A DNA stretch of 64,000 nucleotides, from the NCBI RefSeq assembly GCF_036321535.1, contig NC_087436.1:44022001-44086000 (forward strand), written 5' to 3'. Under the pieces are notes generated by a model, which saw only the letters and a program-made list of their open reading frames with translations, ran no database searches and was not told the DNA's origin. This document shows, piece by piece, positions 22,908 through 36,350 of the stretch (position 1 is the stretch's first letter; every line of letters begins with the position of its first letter). The position numbers and the translations under genes were made by a program. The DNA comes from Camelus dromedarius (lineage: Eukaryota).

Positions 22908-23422
22908 TGTGTTGGTTGGGAATAATCATCCCCACCCAACTCCCGCTCCCCACCAAAATGCCCTAATCCCTGGAGCGTGTGAATATTTTACCTTCTATGG
23001 CAAAAGGGGCTTTGCAGATGTGATTAAGTTAAATGTCTTGAGATAGGGAGATTATCCTATAATAGATAATAATATCCTATTATCTGTGTAGGCTCAGTGT
23101 AGTCACAAGTGTCCCTTATAAGAGGGAGGTAGGAAGGTCAGAATCAGAGAAAGAGATGTGCTGACAGAAGCAGAGGTTGGAGCAGTGTGGCCAGAGATCA
23201 AGGAATGCAGGGGCCTCCCACACTGGAAGAGCCCAAGAATGTATTCCCTTCTAGATTCTCCAGAAAGCTCTCAGGTCTGCCAACACTTCCGTTTATGCCC
23301 ATAAGACTCGTTTCAGACTTCTGAACTTTAAAACTGTAAGATTTTTATTGTTTAAACATTTTTATTGTTTTAATCTATTAAGTTTGTGGTAATTTGTTAT
23401 AGCAGCAATAGAAACCAATACA
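22908..23422 (+). mobile_element. MaLR solo LTR (MLT1C/D-like), inserted in a minus-strand L1 fragment (~22860-23790)
   Basis: TG...CA termini; ctttgcagatgtgattaagttaa...gagatagggagattatcct; 3' end gtttgtggtaatttgttatagcagcaatagaaaccaataca; 515 bp. Confidence 0.88.
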
Positions 23423-24114
23423 CCGATATGCTCTCACCCTGGATTAAGCAATAGAACATCATTAACCATGCCTCTGAGAACCCTCTGTCCCTCTCCAATC
23501 ACATGCCTCTCCTTTCCTACCAAGGGTTACTACTATGCTGAATGTTTATTTCTATCATTTCTTAACTTTTCATTATAGTTCTACTCTCTCTATATATTCC
23601 TAGTAGCACATTGTTGAGGATTTATATTTTTACAGTATTCTGAAATTGCTTTGTCACTCAACATTGTGTTTGAGATTCATCAATGTGATGTGTGGAGCTG
23701 TGGTTCATTTCTTGATTGCATTTCTTGATTTCTGGATTGCTGTTGTATTCTCGTTTTATGAGCATATGGCAATTGAGTTATCTTCCTGTTGAACGTTATT
23801 CTACCTTCTTTTGATGAAATCTGGTAAAATTACTGCAGATTGTCCTCTGAATGGGTAAGGACAAGATATAAGCAAAAGCACATCAGAGAGATCAATGTAG
23901 TATCACAATTTCTCTTTTCTATTTACCTCACCTTCTTTCCTGGCAAATGAAAATCCTTCTCATGTTCATGACCTAATTTAGATGATAAGCTCCTAGATGA
24001 TAGGAAAATTGTGATGCTAAACCTGTTTTGTATGGTACAATACTTTGTACGATGTATTGCTGGTGCTGAATAATTGTTGAGTAATAATAGCAGTAAATGT
24101 TATGTACCACTAGT

Positions 24115-24590
24115 ATGTAGAGATCAGGACCTTTTGGTTGCAAACAACAGAAACTCAACTCATACAAACTTAAGTAGAGAACGTATTTTTTTGGTTCACA
24201 TATGTGGAAGTTTCAGTGGGAGGAACTAGAGCTTTAAGACACAGCTGATACAAAGTTGAAATGATGTCTTTAGGACTCTATCTCCACAACTCAGATTGCC
24301 CATCTTTGCCTGACCTGTCTCGGAAAGAGAATATTATAATGGAAAGATGCCTGTTGTTGGCTCCAGACCTACTCCATTTTACAAATCATTTTTACAGAAA
24401 AAGAGAACATCACACTTCCTGCTAGTGACCAGATATGAAATCGCTGATGATCTTGGGTATTTTGATTGGTTTTGTTTGAGTCATGACAGGCCTACCTGAT
24501 TTACATGGCCTGAAAATATTACTATGGAATGGGTAAACTTCCATATGAATCCAAAAGAAAGGATGTTAAGCAGAAAAGAAATGTCCTTAC
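24115..24590 (-). mobile_element. Old MaLR LTR (MLT1-type)
   Basis: tcaggaccttttggttgcaaacaacagaaactcaactc is the reverse of an MLT1J/K/L-type 3' end. Confidence 0.6.
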
Positions 24591-25999
24591 CACTTATGTC
24601 AGAAAATAATCTCAAGTTTAATGTATTTAACACTATGCTTACTGCAAAGATTCTGGGATCTTAATCTAAACAAAAATAATCCTTATAAACATGGACTATC
24701 ACAGTTAATCATAAAAATTCAAATAGAATTTAGGTTTATAGCCTAGTATCTGGTTATATTTTCCCTTTGGGCTTCAGATAGTTCTTAAAGCAAAAGGGAG
24801 AACCTATGAGGCATATGCCATTTTGTTGAATTTTGGACCACAAAAGTTTTAAGCTTTGAATACTGATTTTCACAGTGTTCATGCTGTGAAAATCCCTATA
24901 ATAAAACCCATTTCACTTTCAATTTTGTACCTCTCTAATTTGGAATATGGATGTATTTTAAAAAAAATCTGACTGAGTTTGTAGATGTGCATGTGTATTG
25001 GGTTATATGAATAGACAAAGTGTGTGGAAGGAGCATGGGGTCTGTGAGTAATAAGGCTTCAATTCAGATAAAACTTTTAAAATAATGCTTTAATACTTAC
25101 CATGTTGCAATTATCCTCCACGTTGTAATCTAGGCTTTTATTTATTTTATCTGATCATCCAGTAGGATGTGAACACCTCAAGCTGAAAATAAGGATTGTG
25201 TTTTAGTTATTTTTATATTCCAAGCCTAGACCAATATCTGACCCATAGAACTCACTGAACCAACATCAATTGAATTCTTATTGTTAACATAATATTTATC
25301 AAAAATAGTAATATTAAACATAATACTACTAAGTACTACTTATTGAGTGACTAATATGTGCCATGTTCTGCTAGGTACTTTTCAAGTTATTTTGTTGTTC
25401 ATTAAATAATATATTAACTTTGTTAATACAATGCTTGGATGAGTTTCCTCATTTGTAAAAAAGAATGTGGCTACATAATATCTAATATGTCTTCCAAGTT
25501 AAATGTTGTAGGAATTCATTTTCCCATTGATTTCCATTATATGATTGGAGATGAATTTTTATGGAAAGTACTTAGACCAAGTGCATAATAAAATTTCACT
25601 TGGCACACATTGAAAAATGTTTATTCACTACGGATTATATTCTGTGTTCTTCTAGGACTTTCCCTGTAAGAGAAAGCTGCTCTTCTGCATAGGCGGACTA
25701 TTTAAAAAGTTCTGATTGGAGTGGGCAGGACACCCTAGTAGTCTCCTCTGGGCTTCCTTGTACCAGAACTCTGGAATTTTATGTCTACCCTCACCTTGAG
25801 AGTTTCAGTGCAGATCCATTTCTCCCAATGTCAGTCTGCCTCTAATTATTACAAAGTTGAGGAAAAGACTTCTGAGTTATGCAGTAAGACGTTTATTTCC
25901 AACTTGCCTTTCTTCAAGCTGAATTTTATTGTAGTCCAACAACCAACATATCTCATGTTTACAACTGCAATAACTAGTTTATTCTCATCCTCTCTAGCC

Positions 26000-28160
26000 C
26001 TCTTTCTAATCTCTTTTCCACATTGAAACCAGAGTAATATCTTCAAGATTCCTATTAGTTCCTACTTAAAATACTTAAGTGGCATTCCATCATTCTAAGG
26101 ATAAAGACAACATTCTGAAACCTGGTTTAGAAGGTTCTGCATGATGGGCCTCTACTTCCTCTCAGGAGCGTCTTCATGTTTCTTTCCCCTCTCTGCCCTA
26201 GCCACTCTGGCCTGCTTGGAGTCCCTCACACTCAGCAAGCCCACAGGATATTTTCATGTATTGTTTCATCTGCTTGTAATTCTTTCTCCTCCCTCTTCAT
26301 TTATTAATTCCATAGTTAAAAGTGTGGACTCTTGAACCAGGTTACTTTGGTTTGTAACCCCAGTTCTACTATTTGTTAGCTGTGTGACCTCAGGCAAGAC
26401 ACTTAACTGTTCTGTAACTCAGTTTCCCTGTTTGTAAAATGGGAGGTCTTTTTAGTTCAGAGCACCAATTCTAAGTTGGGGGTGGAGGGGTTATCTCCAC
26501 ACCTCCAGCAAGCAATGCTCTGACACAAGCTGGGTATTCTGCAGTTCAACTCAATTCCGACTCTGTCTACTCAGAGATAGCATCAGATTCCACAAGTCAA
26601 GGGCTCAGTTCCACAAGACTCCTCAAACTCTCCCACTTCACATCTGAATCTAATCACAAGCCCAGGTTGTTACCTGTGCTTCTGACCAATTGGCTGTATA
26701 TTTAAGGTTCCCATAACCTCTTCTTCCAGTTTGATTAATTTGCAGTGGCTCACAGAAGTCAGAGAAACATGTTATTTACTAGATCTCCAGTTCCTTATGA
26801 ATGGGTATAACTTAGGAACAGCATACGGCGAGATATGGGAAAAGGGGCAGAGCATCCAGGCTCTCTCCAGGCTTGTCACTCTTCCAGCACTGCCACATGA
26901 TCACCAGCCAGAAGCTCGTAGAACTCAGTCCTTTTGGGTTTTTATGGAGGCATAATTAATTAAATCACCGGCAATAGTAATTGATCTCAATCTCCAGCCC
27001 CTTTTCCTTCCCTGGAGGTTGGGGAGTGAGACTAAAAGTTATAACCCTTTAATTATATGGTTCATTCTACAGGCAACCAGCCCACATCCATGGGTCCTTC
27101 CAAAAGTCACCTCATTCACATTAAGAAAAAAAACCTTTCTTGCTCTCATCACATAGGTAACTAAGGATTTTAGGAGCTCAGTGCCTGCAATGGGATAGAA
27201 GACCAAATATATCTTTCACATTATAAATCATAATATCATAAGGGGTAATAAAAGAACCAACTTAATGCAATGTTGTGAGGATTAAATGGGTTAATAACAC
27301 ATGTAAAACACATAACATAGTACTTGGCACCAACATTATAAATGTTGGCTTTTAGTTAGCTGACTATTCATTCTCAGATTAAGCATCACTTTTTCAGAGA
27401 AGGCTTCCCCTAACTTTCCAGACTAAGCCAAAAACCTTCATTCTAGGCTCTTTGTACCTTTTTTCATAGCACTAGTCACAGTCACAATTTTACATTTATT
27501 TATGGATTAAAAAAATAGCCTAGATATTGGCTATACAGGTCTTTATTCTTCTTTTCTTTCGTTCTTTTACTTTAAACTGTACATATACATTTACAAATAT
27601 TTTCCTATCAATTGTTTTCCAGCTTTATTGAGGTATAATTGACATACATAAGCTGCATATATTTAAAGTATAATTTTATAAGCTTTGACATATGTATACA
27701 GCTGTAAAGTATCACCATAATCAAGCCTCTCAAAGTTTTAAGTAGACCTACTTCCCATAGACCTCAAAGCCTCCAGAGGTTTTTTTTTTTAATAGCTGGA
27801 GCACTTCTAGAAATGTTTTCAAAGGTGGTCTTTATGTGATGAATGTTCTGATGCCTTATATGCATGAAAGAATCATTATTTCAGCTACGCACGTAGGTAA
27901 TATCTTAGTTTTATATAAAATTCTAGAAGAAAATTCTATTCTTTCATGACTTTGAAAATATTGCTTCAAATTCTTGCATGACAGTTTAATTCTTGCAACT
28001 TTTATATGACTGTTAGACTAATGTCTTTTTCCACAACTACGCTGGAAACTATGACGACAGAGGTCATGTGACTTTTGCTCATCACTGTATACCGTTGTGT
28101 GTGTAGCACAGTGCCTTGGTACTTAATAGGTGTTCTTTCACATTTTTTGATTGAATGAAC
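26000..28160 (+). mobile_element. L2 element split by nested MIR, MER21-like LTR and L1 fragment
   Basis: L2 body at 26000-26300, resumes at 27360-27510, and its 3' end (gcacagtgccttggtacttaataggtg...ttgaatgaa) is at 28030-28160. Confidence 0.65.
26450..27240 (-). mobile_element. MER21-like solo LTR inserted in a MIR
   Basis: gttcaactcaattccgactctgtctactcagagatagcatcagattccacaag...gggctcagttccacaagact...taatatcata matches recalled MER21. The MIR core before it (...tgtaaaatgggag, 26445) continues after it (aggggtaataa...gttgtgaggattaaatg). Confidence 0.8.
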
Positions 28161-28759
28161 AAAGATTTAGAGTGAAGCAAGACCAGAAAGATTTGGGATA
28201 ATGTTTTGGATGGCCTTGAAAGCTAGTTGAAGAGTTTGTATTTAATTTGGAAAGGAACAGAGTTACACAGAGTTTTAAAATAGTGTTGTGTAGTGACCTA
28301 ATTAGAGCAGCACTTCAGGAAGCTTATTCTGACAGCAATATATTAGGTACATTGGAGTACAGGATACCAGTGTCATGGAAACCAATTATAGTGCTGTAAC
28401 AACAATGTAAGATAAATAATGGATGAAGGCCTGAACCCAGATGCTGGGCGTGGGAATTGCAAATTGAAAGCCTATTTGAGATAGGACAGGACTTGACAAG
28501 GATAGTGAATGATTTTTAAATTTCAGGTCTGGATGACTGGAAGACAGTATTCCATGAACAGAAATAGGAGATTTCAGACAAGCAGACTGTTTAGATGAGG
28601 TATACGTTCTGAGTTAAGTTTTAAATTGTTTTGGTTTGAATGCTGATGGGATGTTCAGATGAAGATGAACAGAAAAAAACTGAAAATGTGGCTGTGGAGC
28701 TCAGGACATAGATCAGACCTGGAAATAAGGTCCTAAACATCGCTGGTCCTCTATGACCC

Positions 28760-29056
28760 ATCAGTATCCAACCTGCTACTCACTTATGTATGGCCCACAA
28801 CCCAAGACTGTATTTCACATTTTTAATTGCTGAAAAAAAAATCAAAAGTAGAGTAATATTTTGTGATACATGAAAATTATATGAAATTCAGATTTCAATG
28901 TTCATAGTTTTATTGGAGCAGAGCCACACTCATTTTCATATTGTTTATGGTTGCTTTTGTGCTACAGAAGCGGAGTCAAATATAGTCCATCAGACTGTGT
29001 GGCCTGCAAAGCCTGAAATATTTATTGTCTGGCCTTTTACTGAAAAATTTACCACT
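28760..29056 (+). mobile_element. MER58B-like DNA transposon within an L2 fragment (~28170-28730)
   Basis: tatggcccacaa...aatattttgtgatacatgaaaattatatgaaattcagatttcaatg...tggcctgcaaagcctgaaatatttattgtctggccttttactgaaaaattt. Confidence 0.75.
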
Positions 29057-31179
29057 GTATACATATGTTACTGAGTTGTCAACTGATGTCACTCTTTTGT
29101 AAAATATTTTGACCAGAAAACCAAAAAAATGATAATAGCTGTATTAAAATAACAAAATTATGGATTTTTTCTCTCATTTTACAGATTCTTCCAAGTATTT
29201 CAATAAGACATTGATAGTTTTTCTTAAAATAAATTTTATACAAGATTCATTCAAGTATTTCAGGTGAAAGCAAATACATTTACTATTTGAATGAAGAGCA
29301 GAATCCTAGGCCTATAATGAAAATTGGAAAACTTCATTAGGTCATTCCAGGCAGAATTTTACACAAATGAAAATGACTGTAAGATGTGGTGGTGGGGAAA
29401 TGGAAAACTAGATTCTGCTTGTTCAGCCATAGGGCTGTGTTATAAATGGGGCAGTCACCTCTGGTTAAGGGCTCAGGTCTCAGCTTTGAGGCACAGAAAT
29501 TCAACTTTTCAGTCATTGACAAGTTGGTTTTTTGGTGCATTTTTTCCCAATAAGACCCACTTGGTACAGCAAAAAACAGAAATGGCTGGGTGGTCCTGTG
29601 GAAAGTTTTCATCAAACTAGAATAGCTTCTTACTATTGTATAAAGACATAGTAAATCTGACCCAAATGGTTGAATTGTTCAATTAGGATACCTTGTGCTA
29701 TGGATGAAGTGGATAAATATTGACAAATCATTGCTCTTTGACTCTCTAATTTTAGACCCTATAATGATCATTACTCTTTAGTTACATAGCATAATACCAT
29801 TATAGACAATAATAAAAAGTACCCTAAGTTATCTTTATATTTATTCTCTTTGATAGAATTAAGGAGCAATTTAATTTTGGGGAACACTCTAACATTGTGA
29901 AAGTTTGTTCAGAGAATAATTTTTATTAATCTCTTTCCCCAAATTGTTGGGAGTCCATCCTTTTTTAGGGACTACATTTTCATATTTTCAGCTTGAAGTG
30001 GGTACTTAATATATTTGTGATAAATTCATCAGCTGTTTTGCCAAAAGGTAAGAGTTTTTTCCCCTTTTAGCGTGGTCAATGACATAGGTAAGGAATGTCA
30101 CTTCATTAAAAATATACAACTTTATAGGGTTTGAGGTATACAGAATTTTTTCAATATTTAGAGTGACTTGAAATATGTTGTAATACCTTCTGTGGTAATT
30201 TTTAGCACATGTTTTCTGGCATGATGTAAAATGGCAACTCGAATGGCATACTTATTTCTATGTCAGGCATATTAAGTTTGAGGGGCAAGTGAGGAAAATA
30301 CAAAGAAGTTTAGAAATCTACAGGAAGTGTGGCCCTAGGCCTGTGGACAAAGGTCAGACCTAGAGACGCTAGAGCTGAGAGTCAGGACAGAGCAGCAGAC
30401 AAAGTCAATAAGAAAAGTTGTGGAAATGGAAGAGGATCTGTGTGATGTGAAGGTAATATGTATAAAGATATCTGCCACAGTGCTGGACACATACTATGCA
30501 CCTTATGTGTGGTCAACGTTAGAGAATGGAAAGGCAATCGAGGAGCAATGGGGCTGTCTATAGAAAAAGAAGCCAGAGAGAGTGGTTTAAGAAATAGGTG
30601 ACTCTTTTTATGAAGGGCTGGAGTATTTCATAAAATTTCTTCATCATTGGGATACTTTCTCCCAGTATTGAAATCTATACACGTATCTTTAATAGCTGGT
30701 AATAAAAAGACTCAGAGTTCAGTTAACAAGAAAATTAACTTCTCTACACTGAGTGAAGTTAACAACATTGGCAAACAAGAAGATTGCTAAATGCAGAGGT
30801 CATGGGATGGAAATGCAATAATCACAGCTTAGAAGTTAATTATTAGATCAAATTCCTTACCACTCTTCTAACATTCTTATGCTTTCGGAAGTGAGATCCT
30901 CTATAAACACAGTTTATCAAAGACCATTCTATTTTTAGAATAAACATTAATTATAAAGCAATTTCTAGAATATGAAGCCTAATCTTTAAAATGTTTTAAT
31001 CTTCAGGCAATTATTGAAGACCTTTTTATTCTGGAAAATTTTCACACATATATAGGCATTAGAAAAAAAAGAATATTAATCTCCATCTTCTGTCTCTCAG
31101 ATTTAACAATATCAACATTTTGTCAGTCTCATTTCATCTAGCTCCTTGCACATCTCCCCACCACACACACACACGTGTT

Positions 31180-33150
31180 GCTTTCACCTTAACAATGAGA
31201 AAACGCCAGACAATCTACAGAATCATAACTCTTATCAAGTCCATCAGAGAACTGAGGTTGTAAGGCAAACAGATAAATTCTAAAGCGTGGCACATACAAT
31301 CTGTTTCATCTTCTGCAGACCACAGAAGGAAGAGGTTGTTATCATAAAAGCAGGAAAAAGAACACAGCTAAAAAGTTGTAACACATCCTTAACGTCTGAG
31401 TGTGGGCTACTGTGACATTGTAGGGTCTTTGGGAACTTGGGAGTCATTCATTTGTCACTTCTTTTTCATCGATCTCTACCTGGTGTTCACAAGAAAGACT
31501 GAATACAGGCAAGGAGATCTGAGAGCATGCCTGTTGGTAAAAATCTGTCCACTTTCTAGACTTCTGTCACATGCAGAGGAAAAGCTGTAAACCTCTGGGA
31601 GGGGTCAGGAAACCATTCTACTCCCAGGGCCCAGGGAAATGTACAGTTCTGCTGAGGAAGGGATGGAAGCAAAAGCCAAATGCCACAGTGAGAAGGACAG
31701 GAAGCCACTCTGCCGGACCGTGAGTCTTGAACTGAGCAGTATAATGCTGAAGGAGGGCAAAAAAGTCTCTCCAGTCTAAGACTCTCAAGACTCCCTAGTG
31801 TGGGGAGGGGCAGGAAAACTGGGAAAGCCCACACCTAAGGGTGAGCCTAGACAGGAGAAATAAGAACCCTCTCCGTCCACCATAAATTACCCATCAAGTA
31901 ATAACCAATGACTGTCTATTGCTGAGGAGAAAGGAAAAAAAGAAAAAACATGCTGGTAGATTTAAATTCAATCATATAAATAAGTACATTCAAACACCCC
32001 GATTGGACTAAATTGAATTTGTAGTTGAAAACCTTCCTACAAAGAAAACTCTATGCTCAGATTGTTCGCTGGTAAATTCTACCAAATATTTAAGGAAGAA
32101 ATATACCAATTTTGCTCAAACTCTTTTGGAAAATAGAAGAGAAAGGAACACTTCCAACTGATTTTATGAGACTGGCATTACTCTGATTCCAAGATCAGAG
32201 AAAGACATTTCAAGAAAAGACAATTTCAGACTAATATGTCACATAAACAAAGATGTAAATATCTTCAGAAGAACATTACCTAATAAAATCCAAAAAATGT
32301 AAAAAGATTATATATCATAACCAAAGTTGGATTATCCCAGGAATGTGTGTTTCATATTCACTAATTTATCAGTGTAATTCACCATATCAATAGATCAAAA
32401 AAGGAAAATCATATGATCCTCTCAACAAATGCAGAAAAAAGTATTTGACAAAATTTAACATCCATGCATGTTATAAATTTTCAGTGAACCAAGAAAAGAA
32501 GAGAACTTTCTCAAACTGATAAAGGGACTCAATAAAATACAGCTATCAACATGCTTAATGATGAAAGAGTGAATACTTTCTTGCTAAGATCAAGAACTAA
32601 GCAAGGATGTCAGCTCTCACCATTTATATTAAACTGGAGGTCCTAGACAGTGAAATAGACATCTCCATTAATTAAAAAAGAAAGAAAAAAATAGGTATGC
32701 AGATTGACAATAGGCATTTCTTTTCTTTATTAAAAGAGGACATGATCATATTCATAAAATATCCCAAGGAATCTACAAAAAAATACAATGTCAATAAATG
32801 AATTTGGTAAAATTTCAGGGTATAAGATCAATATACCAAAATGGACCATATTTCTATATATACTAACAACAAGCAAGTGGAAACTGAAGTTAAAACATAC
32901 TATTTACCCAGGGAAATATACACAAAATGTTACGATAACTCAGAGAGAAAAAAATGTGACAATGAGTGTGTACATGTCCATGAATGACTGAAAAATTGTG
33001 CTGAACACTGGAATTTGACACAACATTGTAAAATGATTATAAATCAATAAAAAAGTTAAAATAAATAAATAAATAACAACAGCTAAAAAAAAATACTATT
33101 TACCAAAGCAAAAAAAAAACCCAAAAACCATGAAATACTTAACAGATAAA
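31180..33150 (+). mobile_element. Decayed L1: 5'-region fragment (31180-31930) and ORF2 RT-region fragment (~32000-33150)
   Basis: ORF2-like phrases (ggtaaattctaccaaatatttaaggaagaa; aatagaagagaaaggaacacttccaac; gcagaaaaaagtatttgacaaaatt). ORF 32788 INEFGKISGYKINIPK resembles the ORF2 motif INEFSKVAGYKINIQK. Confidence 0.85.
32909..33092 (+). mobile_element. Younger 5'-truncated L1 3' end with target-site duplication
   Basis: L1 3' UTR-like (gacacaacattgtaaaatgattataaatcaataaaaaa) with an A/TAAA tail; perfect 12-bp flanking repeat ATACTATTTACC at 32897-32908 and 33093-33104. Confidence 0.85.
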
Positions 33151-34875
33151 TCTAAATCTATGTTCTTTTTCTCCATTCATCTTCTGTCCTCAATCCCATA
33201 CCCTCACCTCCATGGACACTGGAATTAATACATGTAATATATGCCTTTTCAATATGCCCCCCTGGGACCTATTTAGAGATATATGTATCCTTGAAAAAAT
33301 ACACATTAGTCTTTGTGTATATTTAACATCTTTTAATACAGTTAGTATAGTGCCATCTACCCAATCCTGGCCTTTCATGTTCTGGGCTAGAGTATACCAA
33401 TGAGTTTTGACAACTCAAAATTTACAAAAAGAACAAAACAAAAAAAGATACAACCCCAAGAAGTTAAAGAAGTAACTGAGAATTGCTCTACTGGAAGAAA
33501 TATACCTATATTTGTTATTTTGTTTCTATTATACCCCTGGAAGGTATTTGTTGTATATTTTTCTTAGAATTAAACTATTTTGAAAAATTCCTATTTTAGT
33601 CCGGTATTAAGAAATAACTGAAATACAGTTTTGGCTTTTTTTTTTTTTTTTGAGTGAGAGTCTGGGTTCAGTTCTCAGAATTGCCTACAGAACAGTGCGG
33701 AAATACTCAGAAACATTGCCTTTATATATTTATCAGGAGCTGCCACCTGCAGGCAAAAAATAAAACAACAGATTCACTGGGGTTTTTTTTGGGGGGGATT
33801 GAATTCATTATCAGTACTTTTTCTTTATTTAAATTAAACTGGCTCCCTCTTTCTCCCATCAATTCATTAGTCTTTCCTGCTTTTCCTTTGTTGTTGGTTT
33901 TCATTACTCCCAATTGTTTCACTTGTTCTTTTGACATCATCCTCTTCACCCTTTTTTGACTATCTTCTATTACACCAAAAGACATGCGACAAGATTTCTA
34001 AATAATAATGATTGGATTTAGGAATTCACTTTTAGATTATTTATTATGTAACTAACCCTAGGTCTTGTCATATGTAAAACATTATTTATGCCAGATTTTA
34101 GCCTCCAAAGATTAGGAATATGCCTATTTAACTGATTTTTTCCTTCTTGCATGAATTATTTAATTCTTAGATTTAGTTTTAAGAAATACCAGTTTAGCGT
34201 GAATTCCACATAGAGTCATGAGCTTCTTTTACCATTTCTCTTAATTTCTGGATTCTTCTGAGATGGAATTGCCATCATTAAATTTTCCCTAAAGTTTCCC
34301 TTACCTGAGGCTGCTTTTCTCTGGGTCTACCATTAGACCACAGTTAACTGGGGTTCAGTATGAGATCTGAATTTAAATCCACTGACTGGATTTAAATATT
34401 ATAGTGTCACTGGTTTTTATTTATTCTTGAAAGAGAATATCTTGATTTCTAACAAGAGTAAAAACATTTGTTTAGGATATAAAAATTGTACTTTTAAATA
34501 TTTAAAACGTTAGCAGTATGAATTAGTCACTTAATACTATGCTATGCTAGATAAAAAATTAAACCCCACATTTTAGTGGCTTAACACAATAGATGTTTAC
34601 TTTTCATTCACAACACAGTTCAACAATGATTGGGCTATCTCCTTGTAGATCCACCAACTGGAACATGCGCTATTCAAAGTTGCCCTGGGAGGGAAAGAGA
34701 AGGCAGAAAAGGCAACTCAGTTCTTAACTGTCTCAGTGTGAGTATGACATTCATCACTTCTACTTACAGTTAAAATTAGCCAAGTAAAGTTTGGAGCCAA
34801 GTTAATTCATACATAAGGCTTATTTTCAGTGCATTAACTGTATACTCTTGATGATCAGTTGCTCTCAGGGAGATT

Positions 34876-35340
34876 TGCGGAGGTTTAAAAATATGTCCAC
34901 AAATTCTTTGCCATTCTTCTCTTCTAAAGGTGGGTCCTAATTTTTCTCTCTTTAAGAGTTGGCTGGACTTAGAGACTCACTTCTAATGATTAAAATATGG
35001 TGGAATGATGATGTATGACTTCTAAGACCTGATCATAAAAGGCATCATGGCCTCCTCCATGCTCTCTCTTGGGTCACTGAGAGTTTTGAGAATATGTCAA
35101 GCAGTTCTATGTACATTGAGGAAATGAGGCCTCCTGCCAGCAGCCACGTAGGTGAACTAGTGTAGAAATGGATTCTGCAGTCCCATAAAGGCCTTCAGGT
35201 GAGTGCAGCTCCGGCAGCCTCACAAGAGCTCCTGAGACAGACCACTACAGACCTATGAAAACTGTGAGATAATAAATGCTTTCTTCTTAAATTACTATGA
35301 TTTGGGATAGTTTGTTATGCCACAGTAGGTAACTAATCCA
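34876..35340 (+). mobile_element. MaLR solo LTR (MLT1E/F-like)
   Basis: aaaaatatgtccacaaattctttg...gaaaactgtgagataataaatg...tttgggatagtttgttatgccacagtaggtaactaatcca. Confidence 0.8.
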
Positions 35341-36189
35341 GCATTGTAAGATTAACTCGATTTTATTGGTATAAAAGATTTCCCAATGAAATGCTTAATA
35401 AAACTGTTTTAATTAACACTAACACTTTAAAATAAAACTGTGAGAACTTCATGTATGTAGAGAAAGAAGAGGGAAATGAGGGAGTCAAGAACTGTTACTC
35501 ACCAATTTTTATTGTCCTCTTAGCTTATTTTATTAACAAATAACCAAATAACTCAAGAGAAAAAACAAGAGAATTTAGACGTTCTCATTGAAATATGTTT
35601 CAATAATACATAGAAATTTAATAACTACAGTATACTCTCAACATTAAAAAGGGATTCTTACTTTAAAATTAGTCTTAATAAAGTTGTTTACAGTAATTAA
35701 GATACTATGAGATTACGATTGAATAATCTGTGTGTAAAATTTAGAAGGAATGTATTGAAGGGTATTAGAAGTCAGATTATGGTCCTATTCATGTATGCTG
35801 CCGAACACTTGCTGTAATGAGTCCAATTTGATGTTTGAGACCACATTGTTGTCAATTTTCACTGTACTTGGTGAGAGGAGCTGTAAAAATTACCAGAACC
35901 ACTATGCAGTTATAATGCAAGTCTGCGAAAAAAGCATATTTACTTTTATTTGTGTGTCATATTACCTTTCTTTTGGTGACAGGTTCCAAAGTAAAATTTA
36001 AGAACTAGTGTAGCCCTGAAGAGTTTTAAAATATGGTCTGTATTTCATTGGTTTTAACATTATATTTAATAAGTAATACTAACACCATGGTCTCCCAAAG
36101 AATCAGCCAACATGATTCTTAATGCCTGTGGCTTAATAAACTTGACCAGGATGATACTCTGACCTTGAATATGCAGCTCATTATGAAAT

Positions 36190-36350
36190 TTAAAAAAAAT
36201 TATTAAGATGTAATTCACATACCATAAAATCCTGCCATTTAAAGTGACAATTCAATAGTTTCTAGCATATTCATAAGATTGTGCAACCATCACACTATCT
36301 AATTCCAGAATATTTTCATCACCTCCAAAGGAAACTCTCTACCCATTAGT
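36190..36350 (-). mobile_element. L1MB-like 3' end fragment
   Basis: taattcacataccataaaat...gattgtgcaaccatcacactatctaattccagaatattttcatcacctccaaaggaaac. Confidence 0.75.

Noticed and set aside
4342..29056. Three mutually similar 200-300 bp segments (4342, 19485, 28760)
   Set aside because: Independent copies of the abundant MER58 transposon family, not a local repeat system.
32788..32991. 67-aa ORF
   Set aside because: L1 ORF2 remnant running into a younger L1 3' UTR insertion.
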